Below are positions 9,998-21,099 of a stretch of 64,000 nucleotides of DNA, piece by piece. Both the position numbers and the translations under genes were made by a program. Position 1 is the stretch's first letter. The number at the start of each line of letters is the position of its first letter. The stretch is from NCBI GenBank assembly GCA_963753345.1, contig CAVWBU010000047.1, positions 1 to 64,000 of the forward strand. Reading direction: 5' to 3'. This DNA comes from an uncultured Fibrobacterota bacterium (GTDB lineage: Bacteria; Fibrobacterota; Chitinivibrionia; Chitinivibrionales; FEN-1185). Below the pieces are notes generated by a model. It saw nothing but the letters and a program-made list of their open reading frames with translations, searched no databases and was not told the origin of the DNA.

Positions 9998-11572
9998 TTA
10001 ATCCCCGTGGGCTTTCTTCAGTTCGTCCAGCATCCTGCCGCAGTCGGAGGTTGAATCCGTATTGTCCACGCATTCCTTGAGCACCTCCATGGCCTTCGCC
10101 CAATGCTGCTCGTTGGAATAGGATATCGACCAGTTTACATATGCCGCTTCAAGGTTTTTCGCGATCATGTCGCTATGCTTGCCCTGGGTGTCTGCGGCTT
10201 TCAGTTTCTTGACGATCCGGACGACCTCGGGCCAGTCCCTTTTGTCCCAGAAGGTCCGGAGCTCCGTTCCGTACATGGAGACCATGTCGTCGAGGAACCA
10301 TTCATGGTTTTTCGCGTACGGCGTAAAAACGGTTGCCAGGCTTTCGGCATCGGCGTAGTCGTTCATGTTGTCCGTGTAGAATCTGATGAAGTTGTCAACG
10401 TTTTCAAGCAGGCCTTTATACATTTCGGACGTGTCCGGCGTCCGGGAATTCACCATGGCATCCAGCGCCGACCTGGATTCCGCGACAAACGCATCGTGCT
10501 GGTGAACCGCAAGGAGCATGGTCGCGTGATTGTATTCCAGAACGGCGGCATTCCTCGCCAGATCCGCGTTCCCCGGAAAGCGCTGCACTGCCGCCATTAC
10601 CGCGGGCATGATCTTTTCAAACATCCTTCCCGCGGTTGAGTAACCTCCGCTCTTTTGTAAAGACTGGAATTCGAGGCTGTAGACCGCCAACCGTTCTTTC
10701 TGTGCATCGGCATCGTCGTCAAGCACGTACCCCATCATTTCCTTGAGCCGGTTGATATCCTCGATTTTCGTCACCGAAGCGGCGGCATGCTGGTTTGCCA
10801 TGCTGAGACAGACGAGCCGGTACGGTTCGAGGATTCGGCGCATTCTGTAATCCTCGTAGGTCGATGGTTCGAGACCCCGCGACGCAAACCAGGCCTGCGC
10901 TCTTGACTTATAGAAATTCTCGTCATGGACCCAGTCAAACCCGGCAAGGACGGTTGGCTCGATTTCGATGATGGTGCTGTCCGGGGCTGTTAGCTGGACA
11001 AACGCGTGTGACGGCAGCACCACCCCCTTGACCGGCATATCGAAGTATCGGGCAAGCACGATGTATAAGATGGCAGAACTGGTGCAATTGTATTTCCCCG
11101 TCTCCAGCAGGGTCGACAATCTGCTCTGATACAAATCGTAACCCGCAAGGTCGTTCGCGGGATCCGTTTTCAAGAATTCCTTGCGCATCGATTCGAACAG
11201 GGCCTGTCCCTTGTGCCGGAAATCGCTCTCGGCGGCAACAGCCGGCCGGGTCTTGGTTATAAACGCCTGAATCCTGGATACGTCTTTGTTGAATGTCAGA
11301 GAATCCCGCACATCGCCCGACGCCAGAAGAGCCAGAGCGAGCAACTCGTCGGGACTCCCTGATTCCGCCTTGGAAAGGTTTTTCAAGGTGCGGATTTCAA
11401 CGGGTTTCAGATTGAACCAGAACGGAAACGGCGCATTGCCGAATTGAGAACGGTCGTACGACAAATCCACCGTTGAATCGTCTTTCCGGTTTATGGATTG
11501 CATGACAAAAGCGCACCCGGCAACGAGAACGCCGCAGAGGATTGCGACAGGCAAGGAGGTTCGCTTCATCAT
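9998..11572 (-). CDS. Lipoprotein with transglutaminase-like core and helical repeats
   Basis: LVAGC lipobox; YNCTSSAILY, PSHAFV and EIEPT give a Cys-His-acid triad pattern; TPR-like C-terminus. Confidence 0.65.
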   Translation of the reverse strand: MMKRTSLPVAILCGVLVAGCAFVMQSINRKDDSTVDLSYDRSQFGNAPFPFWFNLKPVEIRTLKNLSKAESGSPDELLALALLASGDVRDSLTFNKDVSRIQAFITKTRPAVAAESDFRHKGQALFESMRKEFLKTDPANDLAGYDLYQSRLSTLLETGKYNCTSSAILYIVLARYFDMPVKGVVLPSHAFVQLTAPDSTIIEIEPTVLAGFDWVHDENFYKSRAQAWFASRGLEPSTYEDYRMRRILEPYRLVCLSMANQHAAASVTKIEDINRLKEMMGYVLDDDADAQKERLAVYSLEFQSLQKSGGYSTAGRMFEKIMPAVMAAVQRFPGNADLARNAAVLEYNHATMLLAVHQHDAFVAESRSALDAMVNSRTPDTSEMYKGLLENVDNFIRFYTDNMNDYADAESLATVFTPYAKNHEWFLDDMVSMYGTELRTFWDKRDWPEVVRIVKKLKAADTQGKHSDMIAKNLEAAYVNWSISYSNEQHWAKAMEVLKECVDNTDSTSDCGRMLDELKKAHGD

Positions 11573-11650
11573 ACTATTCTCCGGGACATTCGATGCAACC
11601 ACGCATTTGTACATCGCCAGCCATAAAGAAGTGGCGGACGCGGCTATCAT

Positions 11651-13203
11651 TTACCTGACCAGCAACACCTTCCGAAACCCCTCGGCCTTTGCCAATCGTA
11701 TCAGGTAAACGCCGTTTGTCTTGATAAGATCATCCCGTATCACATTTCCCGCCAGCCCATAGACTGTCGCTTCCGGAAAATGTGAACGCAGTTCCTTCAA
11801 CCCAGCAAGGGTGATCCGGCCTCCGGGAAAAAGCCCCGACCCTGGGGAAGCAGCACCCGCCCCGGCCGTCGTATTGTGGATGCCGGCATTGACAAATTCA
11901 AACGGCCCAATGTCCCAGCCCGCGCCCTGCGGCCGGGGCGTTCCGACCATGTCGCTGTCGTCGAGGCCGGGCAGCGCAATCCCCGCGTTGATGGCCGGGC
12001 TGGAAGGCTGCAGCTTGAAATCATCCCTGGACTGCGGCCGCGCAACCATGAACTTCGGGTTGACATTCACCAAATCTTTGGGGTCATAGTCGCCTGCGCT
12101 CAGGCCTCCCGCCGTGTCATAAATAATATTGTAGCCTCCCTGCATGGTGGACACGGAATCCGCCCAGTAGTTGCTGCCGCTGTTGTAGAAGATGTTGTTC
12201 CTCACCATGCCGGTCGATCCGCCCGTGCCGTTGTCTCCCCTGAACCCGATGCCGTGGTATATCATGTTGCAGAACACGTTGTTCACGGCCCTCAGGTTGG
12301 TGATGTTGACAACGCAGAGTCCCCACGCCCCGCCGAGGTCGCCGCCGCAGAAGATGTTGTTGCGTATGATGTAATTATTCGCGTCGCCGACGTTATTCAT
12401 GCCCAGCATCATTCCCTCGTGAAAGCTCTCCACGAAATTGTTTTCTATGGTGATGTCGTTCGCCACTTCGCCGTTGTCGTCGAAGGTCTGGAACCCGTCG
12501 ACATGCGACGCGCCGATTTCGGATGCAAGCGCGCCGTGAAAGTAATTGCCGCGGAACGTGATCCTGTTGCCGAAGAACCTGGAATAATCGCAGTCGCCGG
12601 CATCGGGATATAAAAGCCGCTCCACCTCGTTGTTTTCCACGAGCCAGTCGTTGCCGCTTGCCACGATCCCCTCGTTGACGGAATAGATCCTGTTGTCCGC
12701 AATATAGACGCTGTCCCATGTCCCGCCGCTCCAGCTCGCCTGGATTGCGGTGCCGGGAATATCGTGCAGGTAGTTGTCCACGACTTCCACGTAGCTGCTG
12801 GAAAGCCATATCCCGCCGTTGAGCCAGCCGCCTTGACTGTTGGTAATGTCGAAGCCTTCGATCCTCAGCCAGTCGGCGCCGTCGGTGTTAAATCCCTGCA
12901 TGTAAACGGTCCGCCTCGGCTGCGCCAGGAACACCAGCCTTTTTCCCGCGCTGCCGGAATGCCCTGCGGGAAAGGTGATCCGTTCCGGATAGGTCCCGGT
13001 CTTTACAACAACGGTGTCTCCGGCGATTGCGGTGTTCGCGCCTTTCTGTATCGTTTTCCACGGCAGGGCTGCTGTTCCGGCGTTGGTGTTGCTCGCCAGC
13101 GCGCTGGCGCTGTCCACGTAGTAGGTTGTGGCGCTCGGCGAAAGGCAGGCCGACAATATCACAACGGCCGCAACAAGCGAGGAATTCCAACAGTCGGTTT
13201 CAT
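11651..13203 (-). CDS. Secreted right-handed beta-helix (pectin-lyase fold) protein with T9SS-like tail; probable frameshift in the signal peptide
   Basis: YYVD...PWKTIQKG...AGDTVVVKTGTY, Asn ladders, LQPSSPAINAG...PRPQGAGWDIGPFE; ATG 13203 is out of frame with ORF 11651..13162. Confidence 0.75.
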
Positions 13204-13284
13204 GCGCGCCCCTATTCCTCTATTATATCGTTGCCGGTTGACTTTCACAAGCGGGATCTGCGCGCCGGGCCGGTTGTGAAGGCC

Positions 13285-14787
13285 CTATGATTGCATGATC
13301 CTGCGCGCCGCCCTAATGCCGCACCGCATGGCAGGCAAAAAGCCGCCGAACATGTCGGTCCAGGAATTTGCGAGATGGAGGTTTGCGATGGGCAGCCTGG
13401 ATATCGCGCGCAGGTGGCGGTGCATGCCCAGCGAGCAGTCGTATCCGACAATCGATCCTGCCGGGCTGCCGGTGTAAGAATGAAATGTGCGCGGCGTCGC
13501 GAGGTCGGTCACGGCGCAGCAGGACGAGAGCCCGGGGCATAGCGCGTCGAGCCGCGCGAGGATATGGGCCGTCACGGCGGACTTTGCGTCCGCGTATTGC
13601 TTTTCGGGAAGCGCCATCCAGTTTGTGCTGCCCGCGCCGCACACCGCGCTGATCGCGGGACGGGCGGCGGAAAGGTCGGTGGCGACGAGCGAAACGATCT
13701 CGGGCATCACCGTCGCGTTCTGCCTTTCGATGAACGCGTCGATGTCGGCGCCCGGAAAGGCCACGGTAATCGATCGGTCGAGCCCGAGGTCGGCGCAGGA
13801 GCGCGTGAGGCCTGCGTGGAGCTGGAGCACGGCCATGCCCGGCCTCAGGCGCGACAGGTGCGAGAGAAAAGCGCGGGGAAAGAAGCGTCGCCCCACCAGG
13901 CTTTCAACAACGGCATTGGTATTGACATTCGCAACAAAGGCGTCGGCCGCCAGGCGCCTTTTGGCGGAGGTGATTGCGGCAACGGCCCTGCCGTTTTTCA
14001 CCTCGATCGAAAGCGCCTCCTCGTTGGTGACGATTTCGCCGCCAAGCGTCCCGAGCCTTTTCACCAGCGCGCGCGTGAGCGCCTGGCCGCCGCCCGCTAT
14101 GGTGTACATGCCGGTTCCCACAAGCAGGGAAAACATCATGATGAAATTGATTGCCGGGAGCCTTTTCATGGGCAGGGCGAGAAACACCGCGGGCTGATAC
14201 AAGAACGCCTTGCAGGCCGGATCGCGCACAAAGCGCGAAAGCAGGGCGTCCGCGGAGATCGCGGTGAGGCTCAGAAATCCGGGAATCGCCGGAAGGAACC
14301 GCGCGATGCTGCGGCCGCGGTTTTTCTCGCCCATCAGCGCATCGGCGTACACCGGGCCGCGCCGCATCACCAGGGAACGGAACCCGGCTATCCCCCGCCG
14401 CTCGGACGGAAAATACCGCTCGCATGCGTCAAAGAACGGCCCGTATCCCATGGGAATATCGTACGACGAGGAACCGAGCCGCATCCTGGCCGGCCGGTCG
14501 AGCTTTACAAAAGACACATCGGCCGAAAGACCGAGGCCCGCGATCAAACGCTCGAAAAATCCGCCCGGCCCTCCCGCGGGCAGGGCGTGCAGGGCGACGT
14601 CGAACGTGTAGCCCTTGCGCGAGAACGATGTTGCGTAGCCGCCCGGACAAGGCTGCTTTTCCAGCACGGTCACGGCCGCGCCCTGCTGGGCCAGGGAAAC
14701 AGCGGCCGTGAGGCCCCCGAGTCCCGAGCCTATGACCAGGACGGTCCTGTCGGCATTGCCGCATTTGGGGTTGATTATCGTCGTCAC
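13285..14787 (-). CDS. Phytoene desaturase (CrtI)-family FAD-dependent oxidoreductase
   Basis: VIGSGLGGLTAA...VLEKQ..PGGYA.SF.RKGY.FDV dinucleotide-binding motif; ATPRTF..YT C-terminal motif. Confidence 0.85.
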   Translation of the reverse strand: MTTIINPKCGNADRTVLVIGSGLGGLTAAVSLAQQGAAVTVLEKQPCPGGYATSFSRKGYTFDVALHALPAGGPGGFFERLIAGLGLSADVSFVKLDRPARMRLGSSSYDIPMGYGPFFDACERYFPSERRGIAGFRSLVMRRGPVYADALMGEKNRGRSIARFLPAIPGFLSLTAISADALLSRFVRDPACKAFLYQPAVFLALPMKRLPAINFIMMFSLLVGTGMYTIAGGGQALTRALVKRLGTLGGEIVTNEEALSIEVKNGRAVAAITSAKRRLAADAFVANVNTNAVVESLVGRRFFPRAFLSHLSRLRPGMAVLQLHAGLTRSCADLGLDRSITVAFPGADIDAFIERQNATVMPEIVSLVATDLSAARPAISAVCGAGSTNWMALPEKQYADAKSAVTAHILARLDALCPGLSSCCAVTDLATPRTFHSYTGSPAGSIVGYDCSLGMHRHLRAISRLPIANLHLANSWTDMFGGFLPAMRCGIRAARRIMQS

Positions 14788-14856
14788 AAGTGATAATATT
14801 ATATATTGTTCGGCAAACGGGTTCGGGAAAAATACTTACCTTCAAGGAAACCACCA

Positions 14857-16215
14857 ATGAAACACGCTCTCGCATCGCCCATCAGGTTGTTCTGCGCATC
14901 GGTGCTGGTCTTCTTGTGCGGACCGTCGTGGAGCCAGACCGGCTCGCTCAACGCCGCGCCGTCGCACCCGGCGCTTGCGAAGACGCCCGGCATCATCAAC
15001 ATCGCGGTCATCAACATGAAGAACGCTTCCGGTGTGTCAAGCGGCGAGACCGAGGTTATTACCGACCGGCTCAGGGGCGAGCTGTTCAACACGGGAAAGG
15101 TGAACGTGATGGAGCGCGACCAGATGCAGGAGATCCTCAAGGAGCAGGGGTTCCAGCAGTCGGGCGCGTGCACCAACGAGGCGTGCATGGTGGAGATCGG
15201 GCAGCTGCTCGGCGTGGAGCGGCTTGTCACCGGGTCGCTCGGCAAGGTGGGATCGATGTTTCTGGTCAACCTGCGCGTAATCGACGTGAAGACCGCAAAG
15301 ATCATGAAAGTGGTGTCGGTTGACATAAAGGGAGACCTCGACGAGGTCGTGGCCAAGCTTCCCGGCGTCGCTTCTCAGCTCGTCGCCTCAGAAGCCCCGG
15401 CGCAAACGGAACAGCCGGCGGCGCTCGAAAAGAAGGCGGAGCCCAAGAAGCCGGTTGAAACGGTGTCGGAGAAGAAGGAGGAGCCGGTGCAGGCAAAGGC
15501 GCCGGAGGTTGCCGACGAGCGGGCGGAAAAAAACAAGAACCGGTTCGGGATCAGGGTGGGGATGAATCTGTTCGGGGCAAACATCACCAGGATATATCAT
15601 CTCAAAGAGTACGACCCCAGTACCGGCGATCTCATAGGGGATACCACGTATAATTTCGATGAAAACAGCGCGGCCACGATTACCAGAACTCCGCTTATCA
15701 ACTATTATCTGAAGGGGGTTCTGAAAGCAGGCCGGTATATCACCATCGACATCGGCGGAGGGTACTCCGGCGAACAGACCACCTACGATTGGGACTTGAC
15801 AAGACGGGTTCACAGCGCCGACATTTACTCCCTGCCAAGCCTCGGCGTCAATTTTACCAAACGCTGGTATCCGCTCAAGATAAATGTGGGCCTCATGGCT
15901 GATTTCAACATTCTGGACTACTCAATCGTGTACTATTCCAGGGATTACACCACCGACCCATTTACCAGAGACACCTCACTCTCCTATGTGACGTTTAACG
16001 CCGGATTCGGATTCCGGACGGGCCTGGAGATCATGGCTGGCAGGCACGTTGGGTTTAATGTTGATTTTGTCTACTACTATTCGCATTTTGATACGTTCAC
16101 CCAGCATGTTGACGACACGGACGCCTCCGGAACCATCACCGCCAGCTCCGACCGGCAATGGAGCCTCACCATGCCGCCGATCGCTCTCGGCCTGGGCGTA
16201 AGCGTCTACTTCTGA
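14857..16215 (+). CDS. CsgG/HfaB-like N-terminal domain plus outer-membrane beta-barrel protein
   Basis: VMERDQMQEILKEQGFQQSGAC...IGQLLGV..LVTGSLGKVG motif; amphipathic strands; terminal Phe. Confidence 0.7.
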   Translation: MKHALASPIRLFCASVLVFLCGPSWSQTGSLNAAPSHPALAKTPGIINIAVINMKNASGVSSGETEVITDRLRGELFNTGKVNVMERDQMQEILKEQGFQQSGACTNEACMVEIGQLLGVERLVTGSLGKVGSMFLVNLRVIDVKTAKIMKVVSVDIKGDLDEVVAKLPGVASQLVASEAPAQTEQPAALEKKAEPKKPVETVSEKKEEPVQAKAPEVADERAEKNKNRFGIRVGMNLFGANITRIYHLKEYDPSTGDLIGDTTYNFDENSAATITRTPLINYYLKGVLKAGRYITIDIGGGYSGEQTTYDWDLTRRVHSADIYSLPSLGVNFTKRWYPLKINVGLMADFNILDYSIVYYSRDYTTDPFTRDTSLSYVTFNAGFGFRTGLEIMAGRHVGFNVDFVYYYSHFDTFTQHVDDTDASGTITASSDRQWSLTMPPIALGLGVSVYF

Positions 16216-16274
16216 ACATCAGTCTCTTGACAAAAAAAGAAAATACGGGCGCCACGCCGCGCGGCGCCCGCACC

Positions 16275-16970
16275 TCAGAACTTGAACCCATAGCCGATGA
16301 GAAAGGTGATGAGGTAGTTCTTTATGTCAAGCTGCCGGCCGGCGGTCCGCCCGTCCGTCGTGATGAACCCGGGGGTGAAGCGGAGATCGAAGATGATTTC
16401 ACCGGTGCGAATGTCGAATTCCATGCCGCCGCCCAGCGCAAGCCCGATGTCGAAGGCGCTGGTGCTTTCCTTGGTGTCGGTCACCGCGGTCGAATTACCC
16501 GAGACATCGGACTGGGTCGATTTCGTATAGCTTGACGAAAGCAAATAGGAGAACGACGGGCCCGCGTACCCGAGCACCCGTGACGTTTTGAGCGGATAGC
16601 TGAGCCTGCACATCACCGGCACCTCGACGTAATCCGACTTCCAGTCTTCCTGAACCGAAGTGCCGGCAATGCCGCCCGAGCTTGTCTTTCCCTTCTGCGC
16701 GTACAGGACCTCGGCCTGCACGCCGATATTTTCGGTGAACAGAACCGCGCCCATCGCGCCACCACAGAACCCGGCCCTCAGGGTCCCCGTCATGGAAGCG
16801 CTGTCGCCCGCGTCGGCGCCCCAGGACCCGGCCAGGCCCAGCCCGCCCTTGACGCCTGCGTAGAAATCGGCGGCGTGCAATGGCGTTGCTCCGCACAATG
16901 CCAACGCCGCAAACAAGAGCAAATTGCGAAAGATTGTTAAGAAAATTGTTTGCTGTTGTGATTGAATCAT
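16275..16970 (-). CDS. Outer-membrane beta-barrel (porin family) protein
   Basis: Signal peptide; GVKGGL, QAEVLYAQKG, DYVEVP and YAGPSFSYLL; C-terminal GYGFKF. Confidence 0.85.
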   Translation of the reverse strand: MIQSQQQTIFLTIFRNLLLFAALALCGATPLHAADFYAGVKGGLGLAGSWGADAGDSASMTGTLRAGFCGGAMGAVLFTENIGVQAEVLYAQKGKTSSGGIAGTSVQEDWKSDYVEVPVMCRLSYPLKTSRVLGYAGPSFSYLLSSSYTKSTQSDVSGNSTAVTDTKESTSAFDIGLALGGGMEFDIRTGEIIFDLRFTPGFITTDGRTAGRQLDIKNYLITFLIGYGFKF

Positions 16971-17114
16971 GATTACTGACTGGCTTCTACGTACGACCGC
17001 CGGCTGTCAACAGGTTAAAAGTAAGAATAGATTTCGCTCATTCTCAAATGTCTTTTGTCAATACTTGTGATCACTCTTTGATGTTTTTCGTTTTCCTTGT
17101 CACGAATCGGCAGT

Positions 17115-17289
17115 TTCCCTCTGCCCGCGCGTTAGGTGGACCGGAGGGTGAGCCAGAGCGAATTGCCGGCCGACCCCGGCTGAAAGCCATCGGGGCGGTC
17201 CGGCAACGAGGCGAACAGCCGAGCCCGCAGGGAGACCGGCCCCCTATGGAGTCGCACGGCCGTGCGACTCCATAGGGGGGAACGCCCAA
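17115..17289 (-). repeat. Structured repeat family A (Flavo-1-like), copy A1
   Basis: Head TTGGGCGTTCCC, tail CACCCTCCGGTCCACCTAACGCGC shared with the other copies. Confidence 0.85.
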
Positions 17290-17314
17290 ATTCTTCTGTT
17301 CAAGACCCGGATGG

Positions 17315-18742
17315 TCATGTCACACCGCGCCTGTTCATCGACAATGCGTACGAGAGAAAGTTTGCCGCGTTCATTGCAAGCCGCAGAAAGCTGTGCGGGG
17401 ACTCGCGCAGCATGCGAAGGTAGATCCGGCGCATGTACTTCCGTTGATAAAAGGCCCGGATGAATTCCCGGTTCATGCGTTCGAGCGTTTCGCGGGACCC
17501 GATCTCGCGGGGCACAAACACGAAATGCTCGCAATCCATCTTTGTCCAGTCGTCGTCGAACTCGCCGAGCGACCGGATGCCTGCCGTTATCGGCGCCCCC
17601 GGAAAGGGGGTGAACGCCGTGACGTTGGCGTCCTTGAGCGGGAGCGACAGGGCAAAGTCGCGCGTTGTGGCTATTGACGCTTCGCCTTCGCCGGGAAATC
17701 CCATCATAAAAAGGCCTTTCACGTACAGGCCGCCGCGCGTGAGCTTCTCGATGTCGCGGCGGACCACCTCGAGCGTGAGCCCGCTTTTGTGTCTGTCAAG
17801 TATCGCCTGGTCGCCGGATTCGATCCCGACGTTCACCATGAAACAGCCCGCCCGCTTGAGAAGGCGAACCAGCTCGTCGTCGATATGGCCGAGCCGCACG
17901 ATGCAGTTGAAGCTCACGGCCGGTTTGAGCTGCGAGAGCAGGCTGCACAACTTCACCACGCGCTCCCTGTTCAGGGTGAACAGGTCGTCGTAGAAGTTGA
18001 CGTGCCGTACGCCGAAGTCCTTTGCAAGATGCGAAACGAGCCCGGCCGTGTATTCGGGGGAATTGAACCGGAACCCCTGACCGAACACGGAACGGTCGCA
18101 GTAGGAGCATTGGTACACGCACCCGCGCGAGGAGATCACGTTCGCTCCCGGATGGCGCGGATACGAGAACAGCGGCATGAGATAGCGTTTTGGGAAGCCC
18201 GCCAGAAGATCGTAGGCCGGGTAGGGCAGGTCGTCCATAGCGCACAGCGCGGGCGCCGGGCCGTGCTCGACCACGGGGCCGTTGCGGAAATACAGGCCTT
18301 CGATCGTCGCGTGCGGCGCTCCGTTTGCCAGTTTACACATGGCGTACTCGCCTTCGCCCGCGATCACGAAGTCTATTTCCGGAACCCTTACAAGGATGCG
18401 CTCCCTTCCCCACGATACGTGGACCCCGCCGAACACAATGGCGGTTGTTTCCGCGCGCCGCTTGACGCGGCAGGCGACATCGCATGCGTCAAGAAACGCG
18501 GACGTGACGGCCGTGAACCCGACCATGTCCGGACGGGCGGACACGATGCGCTGCGCCCATTGTTCGTTGGAATATTCGATATCAAGCGCGGCATCAAACA
18601 CTATTACGCTATGGCCTGCGTTCCGTAACACCGCCGCGATCGAGGCAAGGCCAATGGGCGGCATGACGCAGGCGAGAGAATGAAGCCGCCGGGATTTCGC
18701 GTCGAGGGTAAGGCCGCGGGGGTTGAATAGAACAATTTTCAT
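17315..18742 (-). CDS. B12-binding radical SAM protein
   Basis: PPIGLASIAAVL and GGVH B12-binding domain; SRGCVYQCSYC CxxxCxxC; GIESGDQ. Confidence 0.9.
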   Translation of the reverse strand: MKIVLFNPRGLTLDAKSRRLHSLACVMPPIGLASIAAVLRNAGHSVIVFDAALDIEYSNEQWAQRIVSARPDMVGFTAVTSAFLDACDVACRVKRRAETTAIVFGGVHVSWGRERILVRVPEIDFVIAGEGEYAMCKLANGAPHATIEGLYFRNGPVVEHGPAPALCAMDDLPYPAYDLLAGFPKRYLMPLFSYPRHPGANVISSRGCVYQCSYCDRSVFGQGFRFNSPEYTAGLVSHLAKDFGVRHVNFYDDLFTLNRERVVKLCSLLSQLKPAVSFNCIVRLGHIDDELVRLLKRAGCFMVNVGIESGDQAILDRHKSGLTLEVVRRDIEKLTRGGLYVKGLFMMGFPGEGEASIATTRDFALSLPLKDANVTAFTPFPGAPITAGIRSLGEFDDDWTKMDCEHFVFVPREIGSRETLERMNREFIRAFYQRKYMRRIYLRMLRESPHSFLRLAMNAANFLSYALSMNRRGVT

Positions 18743-18760
18743 AATAATTAAGATCCTGGT

Positions 18761-18960
18761 GGGGGCACCGCTCCGCGGTTCCCCCTGGGCCCCGGCTTCC
18801 GCCGCACCCTGAGAATTTCAAAAGTTTTCTGAATTGGTGCGGCGGCGATCCAGGGCCACACCCCCTCCTGCGAAGGTGCGCGCCAAAGGCGCTCGACTTG
18901 CGCTCGCGCGTCGTCGCACCTTCGCAACGCAACCTCAGTGGAATGCCGCTTCGCGGCCAT
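18761..18960 (-). repeat. Structured repeat family C (3' half has B-like architecture)
   Basis: Start ATGGCCGCGAAGCGGCAT.CC....GGTTGCGTTGCGA shared with 52666; nested hairpins. Confidence 0.65.
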
Positions 18961-19075
18961 AAAGTACAAGTCAGACCAATTTCTGCGGCAAAGGCTACTC
19001 TAACAAGCCATCACCCTGCAAGGAGAATCATCAAGCCACAATTTGTCAAAAAGCATTTCCTCATAAGAAAGGATG

Positions 19076-19528
19076 TCATTTAAGCCGATACCAGTACTGC
19101 GACCGGCCGATGAGGGCGAAGCCGATGTAGCCGTGCACCTCGAGCCGTGCGCCGCTGTCAAGGAGCTTCATGATGCACCGGTAGGCCTTGCCGTTGTCGG
19201 GGTCGGTGATACGGCCCCCGCTCCATTCGTTTCCATGCTTGACCATCGCGTCGGTGATGGTGAGGCCCTTTACCTTATTGTTTTTTCGCCAGTCGGTGCA
19301 TTTGTCGCACACGGGATCGGGCTCTTCGCCCGGCTCGCGGTACAGCGAGTCGATGGTGGCGACAAGCGTGTCGCCTTTCAAAACGATGTTCATGATGGAT
19401 TTTGGTTTGCCGCTCTTGTCGTCGACGGTTTTCCACCGGCCCGCGGGCGAGAGCGTGTCGGAGGAGAAGACAGGGAGCACGCAGAGCAACATTAGCAGGA
19501 GAGAGAGAATTGCAGGACGTGGGTTCAT
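19076..19528 (-). CDS. DUF2147 family protein
   Basis: GRWKTVDD..GKPKS, CDKC and GGRITDPDNGKAY...GYIGFALIGRSQYW. Confidence 0.9.
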   Translation of the reverse strand: MNPRPAILSLLLMLLCVLPVFSSDTLSPAGRWKTVDDKSGKPKSIMNIVLKGDTLVATIDSLYREPGEEPDPVCDKCTDWRKNNKVKGLTITDAMVKHGNEWSGGRITDPDNGKAYRCIMKLLDSGARLEVHGYIGFALIGRSQYWYRLK

Positions 19529-19812
19529 GGCAGGCGCTTCCTTGTCGGATGAAGAACGGGTTTGCGATGCGGCGACACTCAAATATACAACAATTGGTTC
19601 TGAGGCGGAAAATGTGCGGAAGTATTGTGTAGACCCAATATTGAGACTCCGCCAACAGGAATCTACCACCTTTGCGATATAGCAAAAGGGGTTTTCTGGT
19701 AGAAAACGGATTTATGCGCAAGGGTGTGCATCTGCCGGGAAAATGCGGTATATTATAAATTGATTGGTATTGCGCTTTCTTCGTCGTTTGTTATAACCAG
19801 ATAAGGGGCCAC

Positions 19813-21099
19813 ATGAAAAACACCATTAGAAATCTTGTCGTAGCGACGGGAATTCTGGTTTTATCTTTGCATTCCGCAAATGCGCAATGGGTTCAGGTTG
19901 ATTCCGGCCTCCCTGCGAATACGTCTGCCATGTGTCTCGCTGTGAGCGGTAGCAACATCTTTGCAGGGACTTGGGCCGCCGGTGTTTTTCTTTCCACAAA
20001 TAACGGAACAAGCTGGACTGCGGTCAATTCCGGCCTCACGAATACCAATGTAAACGTTCTTGCCGTGGGCGGCAGCAACATCTTTGCCGGCACTGATGGT
20101 GGTGGAATTTTCCTTTCCACCAATAGCGGAACAAGCTGGACTGCGGTCGATTCCAACCTCACGTATAATCCTGTCTGCGCTCTTGCCTTGAGCGGTAGCA
20201 ATATCTTTGCTGGCACTGGAGCCTTCATGGGCAATTTTGGCAGCATTTTCCTATCCACCAACAACGGCGCCAGTTGGACTGCGGTCAATTCCGGACTCAC
20301 AAATAGGGCTATTATGTCGTTTGCCTTGAGCGACAACAATATCTTTGCCGGTACTTTGGGTGGAGTTTTCCTTTCCAGCAATAACGGCACAAGCTGGACC
20401 GCGGTCAATTCCGGCCTCACAAATCCAATTGTCAAATGCATTACCGTGAGCGGTGGCAACCTCTATGCCGGGACTTGGGGCGGCGTCTTTCTATCCACCA
20501 ATAATGGTACAAGCTGGACCGCGGTCAATTCCGGCCTTACGGATACTAATGTATATGCTCTTGCAGTTAGTGGCAGCACTATCTTTGCCGGCACTTATGG
20601 TGGCGGTGTTTTTCTTTCGACCAATAACGGCGTAAGCTGGACTGCGGTTAATTCTGGCCTTACAAATGATACTGTTTTATGTCTTGCAGTGAGCAGCAAC
20701 AACCTTCTTGCAGGGACTAATAGTGGCGGTGTATGGTACAGGCCGCTTTCGGAAATGGTAGGGGTAATCATTCCTAGCACGCAGCAAAAGATATCAAAGC
20801 CGTATACCGGCGAATTCAAGATCAATGTCAACAAAACCGGTCTTTCCGCATTGTTGCCGCCAGCCTTGACTAATAGCATAATAACCGTTAGGTTGTATAA
20901 TGTTACAGGAAGGGAAATCTACTCTGCCAAGCATCAAACTGACAACGGCATGCTTAATATTCCAGTGAGCGGATTATCAGCAGGCAGGTATTTGATTTCG
21001 ATTACCGGCAGGAAAACAACGTTGTCTTCAGTCGTTTGTATTGACGAAATGACCATAGCAGAACCATGTTTGAACAAGAGAAACCTTTATCAGTCTTGA
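19813..21099 (+). CDS. Secreted 7-repeat beta-propeller protein with T9SS-like tail; true stop probably TGA near 21052
   Basis: Signal peptide; seven WTAVNSGL repeats; tail VRLYNVTGR...AGRYLISI; one extra base relative to the repeat copy at 22068-22132. Confidence 0.85.
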   Translation: MKNTIRNLVVATGILVLSLHSANAQWVQVDSGLPANTSAMCLAVSGSNIFAGTWAAGVFLSTNNGTSWTAVNSGLTNTNVNVLAVGGSNIFAGTDGGGIFLSTNSGTSWTAVDSNLTYNPVCALALSGSNIFAGTGAFMGNFGSIFLSTNNGASWTAVNSGLTNRAIMSFALSDNNIFAGTLGGVFLSSNNGTSWTAVNSGLTNPIVKCITVSGGNLYAGTWGGVFLSTNNGTSWTAVNSGLTDTNVYALAVSGSTIFAGTYGGGVFLSTNNGVSWTAVNSGLTNDTVLCLAVSSNNLLAGTNSGGVWYRPLSEMVGVIIPSTQQKISKPYTGEFKINVNKTGLSALLPPALTNSIITVRLYNVTGREIYSAKHQTDNGMLNIPVSGLSAGRYLISITGRKTTLSSVVCIDEMTIAEPCLNKRNLYQS

